From Thermostichus sp. DRC_bins_24 (lineage in GTDB: Bacteria; Cyanobacteriota; Cyanobacteriia; Thermostichales; Thermostichaceae): a DNA stretch of 51,328 nt. The position numbers and the translations under genes were made by a program. Under the pieces are notes generated by a model, which had not been told where the DNA came from, did no database searches, and saw only the letters and a program-made list of their open reading frames with translations. The DNA lies in contig JAUQVK010000024.1 of assembly GCA_039794845.1 (NCBI GenBank), positions 1 through 51,328 on the forward strand, read 5' to 3'. Shown here one piece after another: positions 28,085 to 38,233 of this stretch. Position 1 is the stretch's first letter, and every line of letters begins with the position of its first letter.

Positions 28085-29515
28085 TTACCGGCCGGAACGC
28101 TGTACCGCTTGATAGCGCCGTTTGAACTCCTGCTGCTGCACCTTGTGATCCACCATCGGGTCAGGATAGCGACAGCTTCGCCGTTCCCGTAAAGCCCAGG
28201 ATCCCTTTTTGTCATCGCCCACCCACAGAAGAGCCGGGGTATCCAACCCGGCCAGTTCGGGCACATAGCGACGGATGTACTCCCCGTCGGGATCGTAACG
28301 AGCCGCTTGGGTAGCGGGGTTAAAAATGCGCAGAGGTTTGGGATCCGTACCGACACCGGCGCTCCACTGCCAGCCGCCATTGTTGGCCGCCAGATCCCCA
28401 TCCACCAGCTTTTGCATAAAATACAGCTCCCCCCAGCGCCAGTCGATCAGTAGATCTTTGGTCAAGAAACTGGCCACGATCATGCGGCAGCGGTTGTGCA
28501 TCCAGCCCGTCTCGTTGAGTTGGCGCATGGCCGCATCCACAATCGGATAACCTGTCTGCCCTGCACACCAAGCTTGAAACCAATCCTGCCGATTTTCCCA
28601 CTCCAGATCATCAAAAGCCTTACGGTAGGCGCCGGTTTCTACGTGGGGCCAGTGAGCCAGGACATGCTTGTAAAACTCCCGCCAGCACAACTCCTGCCGC
28701 CACGTTTGCAAACTGCTTTCGGCTTCCTCGCTGCGCACCTCCGCTTCCACCTCAAGGGTGGCCTGCCAAACGCGGCGAATGCCCAGGGTGCCCCAACGCA
28801 AGTGGGGGCTGAGCAGGGAAGTGCCCGGCTCGGCGGGAAAGTTTCGGGCTCGCTCGTAATCCAAAATGCGCAGACCGTCGCAAAAGTCCTCCAGCAGGGC
28901 TTGAGCCGCCTCTTCCCCTGCCGCCGGGAGCTGCTGGTCACAGACAAACCCCAAATCTGCCAGGGTCGGCAAGGGTTGCGGGCTGAGGGAGGGAAGCGGT
29001 TGTAGCCCCTTGGGAATCGGGTAGGGAGCCGGTTTGGGCAAACTTGCCCAATTGCGCCAGAAGGGCGTGAACACTGAGTAGGGCTCCCCCGCTTGTGTCA
29101 GCACTTGCCCTGGCCCGTGCAGCAACAGATCTTGGCAAACAAAAGATTGGATCCCGGCTTCTGCCAAACCGGCCCGCACCCGATCGTCCCGCCGCAGCGC
29201 AAAGGGCTCAACGTCGGCATTCCAAAACACAGCCTTTGCGCCCCACTCTTCTGCTAGCTGCCGTAGCTCCGCCAGAGGATCCCCAATCCGCCACAGGAGC
29301 GGGATCCCCATCTGGCCGTAGCGCTCTTGTAGCCGCTGCAAAGCCTCCAGCAGAAATGCCACCCGCGCCGGGGCTGTATCCTGACGTTCCAAGATCTGCC
29401 GGTCGAAAACAAACACAGGCACCACCCGCGGGCTGTGCAGAGCTGCCTCGTGCAGAGCAGCATTATCTTCCAGTCGCAGATCACGGCGATGCCAAAGCAA
29501 AACAGGAGACGCCAT
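28085..29515 (-). CDS. phrA: Class I CPD photolyase
   Basis: LWHRRDLRLEDN, TSLLSPHL, WREFY, TGWMHNRCRMIVASFL, NNGGWQW, RIFNP; start MASPV at 29515. Confidence 0.95.
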   Translation of the reverse strand: MASPVLLWHRRDLRLEDNAALHEAALHSPRVVPVFVFDRQILERQDTAPARVAFLLEALQRLQERYGQMGIPLLWRIGDPLAELRQLAEEWGAKAVFWNADVEPFALRRDDRVRAGLAEAGIQSFVCQDLLLHGPGQVLTQAGEPYSVFTPFWRNWASLPKPAPYPIPKGLQPLPSLSPQPLPTLADLGFVCDQQLPAAGEEAAQALLEDFCDGLRILDYERARNFPAEPGTSLLSPHLRWGTLGIRRVWQATLEVEAEVRSEEAESSLQTWRQELCWREFYKHVLAHWPHVETGAYRKAFDDLEWENRQDWFQAWCAGQTGYPIVDAAMRQLNETGWMHNRCRMIVASFLTKDLLIDWRWGELYFMQKLVDGDLAANNGGWQWSAGVGTDPKPLRIFNPATQAARYDPDGEYIRRYVPELAGLDTPALLWVGDDKKGSWALRERRSCRYPDPMVDHKVQQQEFKRRYQAVQRSGR

Positions 29516-29643
29516 AGGGTGCCAACCGACGGGATCCCATCTTGCCTGGTTTCTCCAAAGGCTTTCAACTCGACCCCGGATGAAGCCAGAGCAGAACCTC
29601 GGGATCCCGCGGCACTGGAGAGGCCGTTCTGTAAAGAACCTTA

Positions 29644-29859
29644 TTAAAGGTCTAGACTGTCGAAGACTCGGCTGGGACAATAACGGCAGCGGTCGTCTGG
29701 CTTTTGCTGGCCATCGCTATATCCCATCGCGTAAGCTGTATCTCCCAGCATCACCACAAGCTGAGTCAGCTTTAGAGAGATCAACGGATCCAGCGGCTCC
29801 GTTACGTTTAGCATGAACTGCTCAAAGGAGCGCCGTAGCGCCTCTGGCGTATTGATCAT
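29644..29859 (-). CDS. Small hypothetical protein
   Basis: 71-aa ORF filling the intergenic space with a GGAG RBS; AYAMGYSDG and CRYC motifs. Confidence 0.5.
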   Translation of the reverse strand: MINTPEALRRSFEQFMLNVTEPLDPLISLKLTQLVVMLGDTAYAMGYSDGQQKPDDRCRYCPSRVFDSLDL

Positions 29860-30048
29860 CACGACTCCACCCATCCATCGATGGCTTTAGGTATTCATAC
29901 TCAATGCAAGATGGACATTGACCCAGAATAAAGGTGGAAGGAAGAGAGGCTCGTAGCATCTGCTACGGTTCCCATGGCCGGCTTGGCGTGGGCTAAAAGT
30001 AGCAGACCAAAACAAGTTTGCAGATGATGGTAACTCATAGATACAAAA

Positions 30049-30492
30049 ATGGCGACAGGGCGACGGGTAGCGCGGGTGGCAGAGCTGATTAAGCGGGAGG
30101 TCAGCCAAATTCTGCTGTCGGAGATCAAAGATGACCGTGTTGGGGCGGGGATGGTCAGTGTGGTGGAGGTGGAGGTGTCCAACGACCTGCAAAATGCCCG
30201 CATCTTCGTCAGCATCTATGGGGATGAAACTGCCCAGCAGCAAACCATGCAGGGCTTAGAGGCAGCCACCCCCTTTGTGCGGCGGGAAATGGGTCATCGT
30301 CTCAGCCTGCGTCGGGTGCCGGTACTGGCCTTTGTGCAGGATCGCTCCTTGGAGCGGGGATCCCGTGTTTTGTCTTTGCTCAACCAACTGAAACGGGAGG
30401 CTGAGGGCAAACAGGAGGGATCCCCCCTGTCGGCGCTTGGGGCTTTAGCAGAGGGCTTAGAAGGCTCGGAAGAGGAATCTAACGGTCCCTAA
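30049..30492 (+). CDS. rbfA: Ribosome-binding factor A
   Basis: [32 protein letters not shown]. Confidence 0.96.
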   Translation: MATGRRVARVAELIKREVSQILLSEIKDDRVGAGMVSVVEVEVSNDLQNARIFVSIYGDETAQQQTMQGLEAATPFVRREMGHRLSLRRVPVLAFVQDRSLERGSRVLSLLNQLKREAEGKQEGSPLSALGALAEGLEGSEEESNGP

Positions 30493-30742
30493 TGGCAACC
30501 TTTTCGGGAGAGTGCGCTAGGAGGCAGATGGTTTTGCATCAAATGGAAACTCGATAAACAAGCAGAAATGGGTCGGGATCCCCAACTGAATATGCCAGGA
30601 GGATCCTGCTCTCAGGCCACTGCTGAGATCTGAGGGGAGAGGTTTTTCGACTGTTTGGGCAAATCCTTTTTCCGTTTACTGACCTGAAAAATTTAGATTT
30701 GCTAGGATTAAGAAGCTCTAAAGCTTCTATTCGTACCTTTTC

Positions 30743-31222
30743 ATGGATGTCCAAAGTCCATTGCAGCCGGATCCCTCTTCAGCAGACACCTCTCCACTGC
30801 AAGCTCTGCAAGCCCTAAACCAGAGTGTTGCTGAGGCTTTGGTGTCCTGTTTGAAGGGGCAACCGCAGCAAGCTGCTCAGCACCTGTTGCTGGCACTGCC
30901 ACAGCTGATGACTGCCCTGGGAGCTTTGGGGCAAGAATCCCCTCAGGCCCGGGCAACGGGTCGTTCTGCGGAGGGTAATCCCAAGCGCATCATTCACATT
31001 GAGGGCAACCGTGTGGAGGTGTGGGTGGACGATCAAATTCGCAGCAGTTGGAGCATTTGGTCGGTGGGGGATCTTAAGGAAGTCTGTCGGCTGGCGGAGG
31101 AGTTTGACTGTGGGCTTAGCTATTCTTTTCTAGGGGATGACTCCGGGTCGCAGCCGGAAATGTTGCTGTTGGCCCCCAGTCCTGGGGAGCTGCTTTCGAA
31201 CCCCGAAGGCTCGGCTGCTTAG
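30743..31222 (+). CDS. Hypothetical protein
   Basis: 159-aa ORF in line with the following genes; no recognised motif. Confidence 0.6.
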   Translation: MDVQSPLQPDPSSADTSPLQALQALNQSVAEALVSCLKGQPQQAAQHLLLALPQLMTALGALGQESPQARATGRSAEGNPKRIIHIEGNRVEVWVDDQIRSSWSIWSVGDLKEVCRLAEEFDCGLSYSFLGDDSGSQPEMLLLAPSPGELLSNPEGSAA

Positions 31223-31248
31223 CACTTCCACTCTTTAACATTGATCAA

Positions 31249-32016
31249 ATGCCGATGGCAGAACCACAACGGCTACAGAAGCTTTTGGCCCAGCAGGGCT
31301 TGGCCTCGCGGCGCCAGGTGGAAGCCTGGATCGTGGCTGGGCGCATTCGGGTGAATGGGGAAGTGATCACTGAGCTGGGCTACAAAGCCCATCCAGAGCG
31401 GGATCGCGTTGAGGTGGATGGCCAAGTCATCCCTTTGTCTAGGGATCCGGCTCGCCATGTTTTGCTCCTGCACAAGCCGGTGGGGGTGTTGTCCAGTTGT
31501 CGGGATCCCTTTGGGCGCAAGACGGTTCTGGATTTGCTCCCTCAACCTTGGCACCGGCACACTCGCCTCTATCCGGTGGGCCGACTGGATGCAGGCAGCA
31601 GCGGCGCCTTGCTCTTAAGTGACGATGGCGACCTAACCTTGAAGTTGACCCATCCCCGTTATCATCTACCCAAAACCTATCGGGTGCAGGTCCAGGGACA
31701 GCCCAGCCCGACCACCCTGCAACATTGGCGAGACGGAGTAAACTTAGAGGGGTATACCACCCTGCCGGCGGAGGTGGAGTTTTGCTCTGCCCCTCGTTTT
31801 TGGCGAAGGGGAGATCCCGACTGCTCTTGGCTTAGGGTGGTTTTGTTTGAGGGGCGCAACCGACAAATTCGGCGGGTGGCAGAGCTGCTGGGGCATCCAG
31901 TGCTTACGCTCCATCGGGAGGCCATTGGCCCACTGCGTTTGGGGAACCTGAAGGCGGGTCAGTTTCGTCAATTGAGCCCCCATGAGGTTCAAGCTTTGCT
32001 GGCCCCGTTCCCATAG
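31249..32016 (+). CDS. RsuA/RluB family pseudouridine synthase
   Basis: S4 domain RLQKLLA..GLASRR, YPVGRLD, EGRNRQIRR. Confidence 0.95.
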   Translation: MPMAEPQRLQKLLAQQGLASRRQVEAWIVAGRIRVNGEVITELGYKAHPERDRVEVDGQVIPLSRDPARHVLLLHKPVGVLSSCRDPFGRKTVLDLLPQPWHRHTRLYPVGRLDAGSSGALLLSDDGDLTLKLTHPRYHLPKTYRVQVQGQPSPTTLQHWRDGVNLEGYTTLPAEVEFCSAPRFWRRGDPDCSWLRVVLFEGRNRQIRRVAELLGHPVLTLHREAIGPLRLGNLKAGQFRQLSPHEVQALLAPFP

Positions 32017-32063
32017 CGAAACTGCTTGTCCTTCCTGAGAGGTACCTCTTTCTCCAGCTCGTC

Positions 32064-32987
32064 ATGCCTCTGAATATGGTGCACGATCCTCACAAGGGCC
32101 CCTTTCCTTCCACAGGTAGCCGAACGATGGGAGAGCCAGCATACTCTTTGGAAGCCTTGGGATCCCTGTTGCGGCAAACACGGGAGGCACGGGGTCTGAC
32201 GCTAATCGAGGTAGCTAATGATACCTTCATCCGGACACAGTATCTGCAGGCTCTGGAACAAGCGGATTTAAGCCGGCTGCCAGAGCCGGTTTATGTCCAG
32301 GGATTTTTGAAGCGCTACGCCGACTATTTGGGATTGGATGGGGAAACTCTGTCTCGGCGTGCTCTTCCGCTTCTGTCTACCAAGACCCCCCACGCCCCTG
32401 CGCCCCTTGCCACGGCCGGTGATCGGTCCACCTTTGCGCTGCGCCCGCTGCACCTTTGGGCGGCTTACGTGGTGCTGATCGTATTGGCGGTGGGGGGATT
32501 ATCGGCCCTTTTGGAGGGGACGGGCAATCCCTTCGGGCAATGGCTGGTGAGCTTACAAACCGCCAATCGTCAGGGAGCCAGCCGACAGCCCACCGGTGTT
32601 ACGCCTCCTACCCAGGAGTCCCGGCCTACAGCCCGTCAACTGTTCCCTACCCTTGACCAATGGACCCGCATTCAAGGGGTTTTTCCCGAAGTGTTGGAGG
32701 CTTACTCGGGGGATGCAAACCGGAAGCCGGTGCGCCTGGATATTCGGGTGGTGGAGCGACCTTCCTGGTTGCGGGTGATCGCCGATGGACAGACGGTATT
32801 TGAGGCCACGTTGCAGCCGGGGGCAGAACTGAATTGGGAAGCAGATCAATCGATTGTGTTGCGGACGGGCAATGCGGGCGGTGTCCTCGTCACCTTCAAC
32901 GACCGTGATCTGGGGGTAATGGGCCAGTTTGGCGAGGTAAAGGAGCAGGTATTCGAGCCTGGGTTGGAACTTAACTCGTTGCAGTAG
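32064..32987 (+). CDS. rodZ: RodZ-like HTH membrane protein (DUF4115)
   Basis: LGSLLRQTRE, YLQALE, LPEPVYVQGF, a TM helix, SWLRVIADG, GNAGGV; start may be 32127. Confidence 0.85.
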   Translation: MPLNMVHDPHKGPFPSTGSRTMGEPAYSLEALGSLLRQTREARGLTLIEVANDTFIRTQYLQALEQADLSRLPEPVYVQGFLKRYADYLGLDGETLSRRALPLLSTKTPHAPAPLATAGDRSTFALRPLHLWAAYVVLIVLAVGGLSALLEGTGNPFGQWLVSLQTANRQGASRQPTGVTPPTQESRPTARQLFPTLDQWTRIQGVFPEVLEAYSGDANRKPVRLDIRVVERPSWLRVIADGQTVFEATLQPGAELNWEADQSIVLRTGNAGGVLVTFNDRDLGVMGQFGEVKEQVFEPGLELNSLQ

Positions 32988-33675
32988 GGATCCCTGCCGA
33001 ATGGGGGGGCGGGGGCCAAGCAGCGGTGATCTCCCAGCCCTGGGAGCGGATCTGCTGCAGGAGGTGCTGAACCTTGCCCAGATCTTTGTCTCCGGGTTGG
33101 GTTTCTACACCACTGGAGAGATCGATGCCCTGGGGCTGCACCTGCCGAAGGGCCTGCTGGATGTTGTCTGGATTCAGTCCGCCCGCCAGGAGCCAGGGCA
33201 AAGGCAGGGATCTCTGAGCCAGTGCCGGCCAATTGAGGGTTTGCCCGGTTCCGCCCACCTGGTGGGGATGATAGGCATCGAGCAAGAGAGCTTCCACACA
33301 GCCCACGTAGGCAGCCGCTTTGTCCAAATCTTGAAGGTGGCGAAGGCGCAGGGCTTTGATGCGGCGGATCCCGGGCAGCAAGGTCCCCAACCGATGGCAG
33401 TCCTCTGGAGATTCCTGGCCGTGTAACTGGACTGCTGTCAGGCCCACTTCCTCTACCCAGGTGGTGATGGCTGTGGGGGAATGATCCCAAAAGACCCCCA
33501 CTTTTGCCACGGATTTGGGCAGGGATCCCACCCATCGGGCCATTTCGGATCGGGGCAAATAGCGGGGAGTATCGGGTACGGCGATGAACCCAAGGGCGCT
33601 TACCCCCAAAGCCGCGATTGCTTCTGCTTGGTCGGGGCGGGTGATCCCACAGATTTTCACGAACAATTGGCCCAT
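32971..33675 (-). CDS. trpF: Phosphoribosylanthranilate isomerase
   Basis: VKICGIT, VQLHG.E, GGTG, LAGGLNPDN, DLSSGVE. Confidence 0.95.
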   Translation of the reverse strand: MGQLFVKICGITRPDQAEAIAALGVSALGFIAVPDTPRYLPRSEMARWVGSLPKSVAKVGVFWDHSPTAITTWVEEVGLTAVQLHGQESPEDCHRLGTLLPGIRRIKALRLRHLQDLDKAAAYVGCVEALLLDAYHPHQVGGTGQTLNWPALAQRSLPLPWLLAGGLNPDNIQQALRQVQPQGIDLSSGVETQPGDKDLGKVQHLLQQIRSQGWEITAAWPPPPHSAGIPTATS

Positions 33676-33679
33676 CGGG

Positions 33680-34750
33680 TTATTTCTGATCGGGACGCAT
33701 TTGCAGATGACCTGGATCCTGGGGGTGGAGCCGATTGATGCGGCGCACCATTTGCCACAGCCGTCCAAAGTTGCGTTGGTTGAAGTGCATCACCAGCCGC
33801 GGCAGATGGGCAATGTCCTCTTCGGCCTCTTCCGGCAACGCCTGGGTTTGCCGGATCTGACCGGAATCGAGAATGTCGGCGAACTCTTCATTTAGGGTCT
33901 CAAGGGCCTGGGGCGAGAGCTCGCTATTGAGGCGTAAGACCAACAATTCCCGCACATAGCGGTTGCTGTGGAAGATGCGATAGAAGTCGATGATCTGCTG
34001 GCAGGCATCCCCCACATCGTCCGTCAGGGTGTAGAGGAAGAGATCCTCTGGACTGATTAGGCCGCGACTGAGGAGGTGCTCCCGCACGTATTCATCCCAC
34101 TCCTTCCAGTAGCGCCCGCCCGATTTGTCCACCAGCACCAGAGGCATCAGCTTGGTCTTGCCGGTTTGCATCAGGGTCAGGCATTCAAAGGCTTCATCCT
34201 GAGTGCCAAAACCCCCCGGGAAGAGCACCACTGCATCGGTCTCTTTCACGAAGAAGAGTTTGCGGGAGAAGAAATACTTGAAATTGATCACCCGATCGCT
34301 GGCAGCGATGACCGGGTTGGCCATTTGTTCAAATGGGAGCTGAATGTTCAGCCCGAAGGAGTTTTCCAGCCCTGCTCCCCGGTTGCCCGCCTCCATGATG
34401 CCGCCGCCGCCGCCGGTCATCACCATGAACCCCCGCTGGCTAATGCAGTGGGCGAACAGTTGGGCCTGTCGGTATTCCGGGCTTTCGGGGTCTAGCCGTG
34501 CCGAACCAAAGACGGTGATCTTGCGTTGGTGAGCGTAACCTTGGAAAGCCGCAAACCCCTGCTCCAGATCCTCAAGGGTGGCCGCCAGAATCTTGGCGTC
34601 CAAACGGCTCAGCTCCAAGGATCCCATGCGCTGCAGCGACTGCAGAATGCGTAGCCACGCAGTTCGGTTGGGATGATGCTCCAACTGCTTCAGGCAAGAT
34701 TCAGCATTGGTAAAAATCTCTTGCAGGAGGGAGGAGAGGGAATCGGTCAA
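33680..34750 (-). CDS. LOG family protein (long form)
   Basis: ITVFGSAR, TGGGGGIMEAGN, FPGGFGTQDE. Confidence 0.9.
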   Translation of the reverse strand: MTDSLSSLLQEIFTNAESCLKQLEHHPNRTAWLRILQSLQRMGSLELSRLDAKILAATLEDLEQGFAAFQGYAHQRKITVFGSARLDPESPEYRQAQLFAHCISQRGFMVMTGGGGGIMEAGNRGAGLENSFGLNIQLPFEQMANPVIAASDRVINFKYFFSRKLFFVKETDAVVLFPGGFGTQDEAFECLTLMQTGKTKLMPLVLVDKSGGRYWKEWDEYVREHLLSRGLISPEDLFLYTLTDDVGDACQQIIDFYRIFHSNRYVRELLVLRLNSELSPQALETLNEEFADILDSGQIRQTQALPEEAEEDIAHLPRLVMHFNQRNFGRLWQMVRRINRLHPQDPGHLQMRPDQK

Positions 34751-34883
34751 ACGGGGATCCAGAGTTCTCTGTAGTCTACTTTAGTGGCTTTTTGAGACAA
34801 AACTGCACTCGGGCTCGGCAACGGAACCCAAACGTCACACCCGAACCCACCGCCTCCCAAGATCAGGAGATTGGGTTCCAGGA

Positions 34884-35225
34884 CTAGGCCTCAGCAGGGG
34901 TGTCGAAATGTTTTTCCAAGATGGTCGTCAGGGTGGCCTTGGGTACCGCACCCACCACCACATCCACCTTCTCGCCACCCTTGAACAGCATCAGGGTGGG
35001 GATGCTGCGAATACCGTATTGGCTGGCGGTCTGGGGATTTTCGTCGGTGTTGATCTTCACCACCTTGACTTTGCCGACATACTGTTCAGCGATCTCCTGC
35101 ACAACAGGAGCCACCATCCGGCAAGGGCCACACCAAGGGGCCCAAAAATCGACCAGAACCGGAATGTTGCTGCTTAGCACCTCTGTTTCAAAGGTGGCAT
35201 CAGCAATATCTACTGCTGCAGACAT
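34884..35225 (-). CDS. trxA: Thioredoxin (m-type)
   Basis: [23 protein letters not shown]. Confidence 0.96.
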   Translation of the reverse strand: MSAAVDIADATFETEVLSSNIPVLVDFWAPWCGPCRMVAPVVQEIAEQYVGKVKVVKINTDENPQTASQYGIRSIPTLMLFKGGEKVDVVVGAVPKATLTTILEKHFDTPAEA

Positions 35226-35299
35226 GCTCGGAGAACTCCTGAAACGGCACTCGTCATATTTACCTAGCCTATCACAGATCCCCCCCGTCGCCGCTGTCT

Positions 35300-35599
35300 T
35301 TAGCCCACCCGTCGCAGGCTGTTCCTCAGCCGTTCTCCCAGCAGCTGCACACCATAGGCCGCTAGGCCCAACCCCACCATGGCGAACATGAAGGTGATCA
35401 AAGAAACCGAGCCCACCAGCAGGTAGCGCACCAAAATGCTGATCCCACGGGTCAGGGACCCGCTTTCCCAATCGACGGGCGGCAATTTAGCCAACATTGA
35501 GAGCAGCAGTTGAAAGAACCCGTAGCCTAGGCCGGCGGCAAGGGTGGCCCCCAAGAGCGCATTGAGGGGATGGGGGGATCCCTGTGGAGAAGAAGACAT
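35300..35599 (-). CDS. DUF3082 family membrane protein
   Basis: Two TM helices, [21 protein letters not shown]. Confidence 0.7.
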   Translation of the reverse strand: MSSSPQGSPHPLNALLGATLAAGLGYGFFQLLLSMLAKLPPVDWESGSLTRGISILVRYLLVGSVSLITFMFAMVGLGLAAYGVQLLGERLRNSLRRVG

Positions 35600-35678
35600 G
35601 GGGCAGCACCGGAACATTTACCCTTATTCTAGGCTCCAGGTACAATGTGGAAGACTCTTTCAGGGGAAAACAGAGACT

Positions 35679-36371
35679 ATGGGGAGTGGGTCTGGCGTGG
35701 GATCCCATTATGATGTTCTGGGGGTTTCGGCGCTGGCCACGGCGGCTGAGATCAAGCGTGCCTATCGTCATTTGGTCAAGCACCATCATCCCGACAGTCT
35801 GCTGGCCAAAAAGGACCGGGCCACCTCCGAACGGATTCGCCAAATCAATGCTGCCTATGCAGTGCTCAAGGATCCCCAATCCCGCCGTGAGTACGACCAC
35901 CAACTGCGACCCCGAAGTGCTGCCTCTCGCCCGCAACCGACGGGCTCCCCTCGTGAGACGGTTAGCCAGGAAGCCTCCGCCCGTGAAGCCTGGATTCGGC
36001 AGGTGTATACACCCCTGAACCGAGTTTTGAGCACCTTATTGTCTTCTCTCAAGCCCCAGCTAACGGCTCTGGCGGCGGATCCCTTTGATGCGGAGTTGTT
36101 GGAGGCCTTTGGCCTTTATTTGGAGGAGTGCGGCCAAAAATTGGCCCAAGCCCAGCAGATTTTTCGCCGTATTCCCAACCCCAGCAGCCTAGCGGGGGTG
36201 GCCTCCCGTCTCTACTACGCCCTCAACCACTTGGAAGATGCGCTAGAGGAGCTGAATTTCTTCCCGCTCAACTTTGATGACCGCCATTTGCATACGGGGC
36301 AGGAGCTGTTCCGCCGAGCTAAGGGCCTGCGGGCTGAGGCGATGGAGGCTTTCGCCAGCCGTTCACGTTAA
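35679..36371 (+). CDS. J-domain (DnaJ type III) protein
   Basis: HYDVLGV...EIKRAYR..HHPD...INAAYAVL; C-terminal ADPFD motif. Confidence 0.9.
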   Translation: MGSGSGVGSHYDVLGVSALATAAEIKRAYRHLVKHHHPDSLLAKKDRATSERIRQINAAYAVLKDPQSRREYDHQLRPRSAASRPQPTGSPRETVSQEASAREAWIRQVYTPLNRVLSTLLSSLKPQLTALAADPFDAELLEAFGLYLEECGQKLAQAQQIFRRIPNPSSLAGVASRLYYALNHLEDALEELNFFPLNFDDRHLHTGQELFRRAKGLRAEAMEAFASRSR

Positions 36372-37238
36372 TCCCGACCGGGATCCCCGACCGGGCATTG
36401 TCGGACGCGGGTCGTAGGGGGCGGGAATGTATTGCACCGAAGGACGACCGATCAGGGCCTGGGGATACAAATCCATGAGGGCATAGATCTGGGAGGGAAG
36501 CTGGGTGGAAATGGGCAAACCCAAGCCGGCTGCTTCTTCGGCGGTGATCGGGTAGTCGTGGGTGACGCGCCCGCTGGTGAGCGCCTGGATTAGGGGTTCA
36601 ACCCGCTCGGGGTCGATCTTGCGTTTGGGCACCTCGTCTTTGAGGAGATCCCGCACGAAGTTCTGCACCTGCTGCACTGCTTTGCGGGCCAGGTCCGCCA
36701 GGATCAGGGTTTGGTCATCGATCTCCGCGATTGGTTTGTCTGCTAAGACCTGCAGAATGCTGGCGGCAGCATAGCCTCCCAATTGGGGATCCACCGGCCC
36801 CAGTACCGCGTTGGTATCCATGACGATCTCATCTGCGGCCAAAGCCAGCATCGTTCCCCCTGACATGGCGTAGTGGGGAACAAACACCGTTACTTTCGCC
36901 GGGTGGCGGATGAGGGCACGGGCAATTTGTTCGGTGGCCAGCACCAAACCGCCGGGGGTATGCAAAATCAAATCAATCGGGGTATTGGGGGGGGTAAGGC
37001 GAATTGCCCGCAGGATTTGTTCGGAGTCTTCGATGCTGATGTAGCGGGAAACCGGGATCCCGAAGAAGCTGATCGATTCTTGGCGGTGGATCAACAAAAT
37101 CACCCGGCTGCCCCGTTTTTGCTCCAGCTCGCGGATGGCCATCAGGCGGCGGAACTCTTGGACACGGCGATCCAGCAGGGGTTGCAAAGAGCTGAAGATT
37201 AAAAAAATCCAGAACAGGCTGCCCCAATCGAAATTCAT
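36363..37238 (-). CDS. SDH family Clp-fold serine protease
   Basis: ILHTPGG, PHYAMSGGTMLALAAD, LGPVDPQ, THDYPI. Confidence 0.9.
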   Translation of the reverse strand: MNFDWGSLFWIFLIFSSLQPLLDRRVQEFRRLMAIRELEQKRGSRVILLIHRQESISFFGIPVSRYISIEDSEQILRAIRLTPPNTPIDLILHTPGGLVLATEQIARALIRHPAKVTVFVPHYAMSGGTMLALAADEIVMDTNAVLGPVDPQLGGYAAASILQVLADKPIAEIDDQTLILADLARKAVQQVQNFVRDLLKDEVPKRKIDPERVEPLIQALTSGRVTHDYPITAEEAAGLGLPISTQLPSQIYALMDLYPQALIGRPSVQYIPAPYDPRPTMPGRGSRSGLT

Positions 37239-37310
37239 CGGCTACCTCAGATGGGATCCCTTCGCCTCCAGCATAAAGGGATTGGGGGCAACCTTACCTG
37301 AGTTTTGCGC

Positions 37311-38231
37311 TCAGGAGTTCGTCTCCAGCACTCCAAAAAGCCGATCCAGGGCTGCCAGCAGATCGGGAGTGGGGGTGTGGTCAATCCAGGACTGGATATA
37401 GGCTTGCTGTTCTGCCAAGTTTTCGATGCGGCCCAGTTTCTGCATGGCCAGGTAGCGGGTTTCCGCCTGTCCACGGTTAACCTGCAAATCCAGCCGTTGC
37501 TCAGGAGTTAGGGGATGCTCGGTTTGGGTCAAGAGGTGATCCACCACCATCATGAACAGCAAAGGCCCGGCCAACTCAAGGCCAGACTCTGTTGCCGGTT
37601 GCCCGTCGCTCGGCCCACGGTACGGTGACGGGAAGCAGCCTTCGCCCCCACCGGTCCCACAAGCATCCCCGTCCGCCAAATCCTGCCCCAGTTGCAAGAG
37701 TTCTTCCGGCGAAGCGGTCTGGAGGGCAGCTTCGGTGGCGGCCCGCAGCGGTTCTAGGGCAATGGCATGTTGGCTGGCCAGCTCCGCCAGGGTTGTTTCC
37801 AACTGGGCGCGATTCTGGTAGAAAGCTTCTGATTCTTCCGGGGTCAGTTCCAGGGTTTCCAGCAACAGGCCTAGGGTCACGGAGCCCACCAACGCCGGAG
37901 GAAACCGAAGCAGAGTCGATTCGGATCCCACCTGATCCAGGAAAGCCTCGATGTCAGGGCCGGATCCCTTGTCGACCAAATCCTGTAGGTAGGCCAGCAC
38001 CAGCTCTGGGGGTGTAAGGCGCAACAGCCCATGAACCTGGGTGCGCAATGACTCAGGGATCCCCATCGGTGCCAACTTGGCCTCGGCACGCGCTTGGGCT
38101 TCGGCGATCAGCTCCGGCAAATCGGCAGCGGCCTGTCCTGCTTGCAACAATACCTGGCTGGATTCCTGCAGCAGGCCAGTTGCCTCCGCAAACAGCAGCA
38201 ACTGGGGCACCGGAATCGTCGGGAACACCAT
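37311..38231 (-). CDS. Hypothetical acidic, predicted helical protein co-transcribed with crtR
   Basis: 306-aa ORF starting 2 bp after the crtR stop; no recognised family. Confidence 0.7.
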   Translation of the reverse strand: MVFPTIPVPQLLLFAEATGLLQESSQVLLQAGQAAADLPELIAEAQARAEAKLAPMGIPESLRTQVHGLLRLTPPELVLAYLQDLVDKGSGPDIEAFLDQVGSESTLLRFPPALVGSVTLGLLLETLELTPEESEAFYQNRAQLETTLAELASQHAIALEPLRAATEAALQTASPEELLQLGQDLADGDACGTGGGEGCFPSPYRGPSDGQPATESGLELAGPLLFMMVVDHLLTQTEHPLTPEQRLDLQVNRGQAETRYLAMQKLGRIENLAEQQAYIQSWIDHTPTPDLLAALDRLFGVLETNS

Positions 38232-38233
38232 TG

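Noticed and set aside
12898..29515. cry-DASH and photolyase (with mpg) as one DNA-repair island
   Set aside because: They are separated by many unrelated housekeeping genes.
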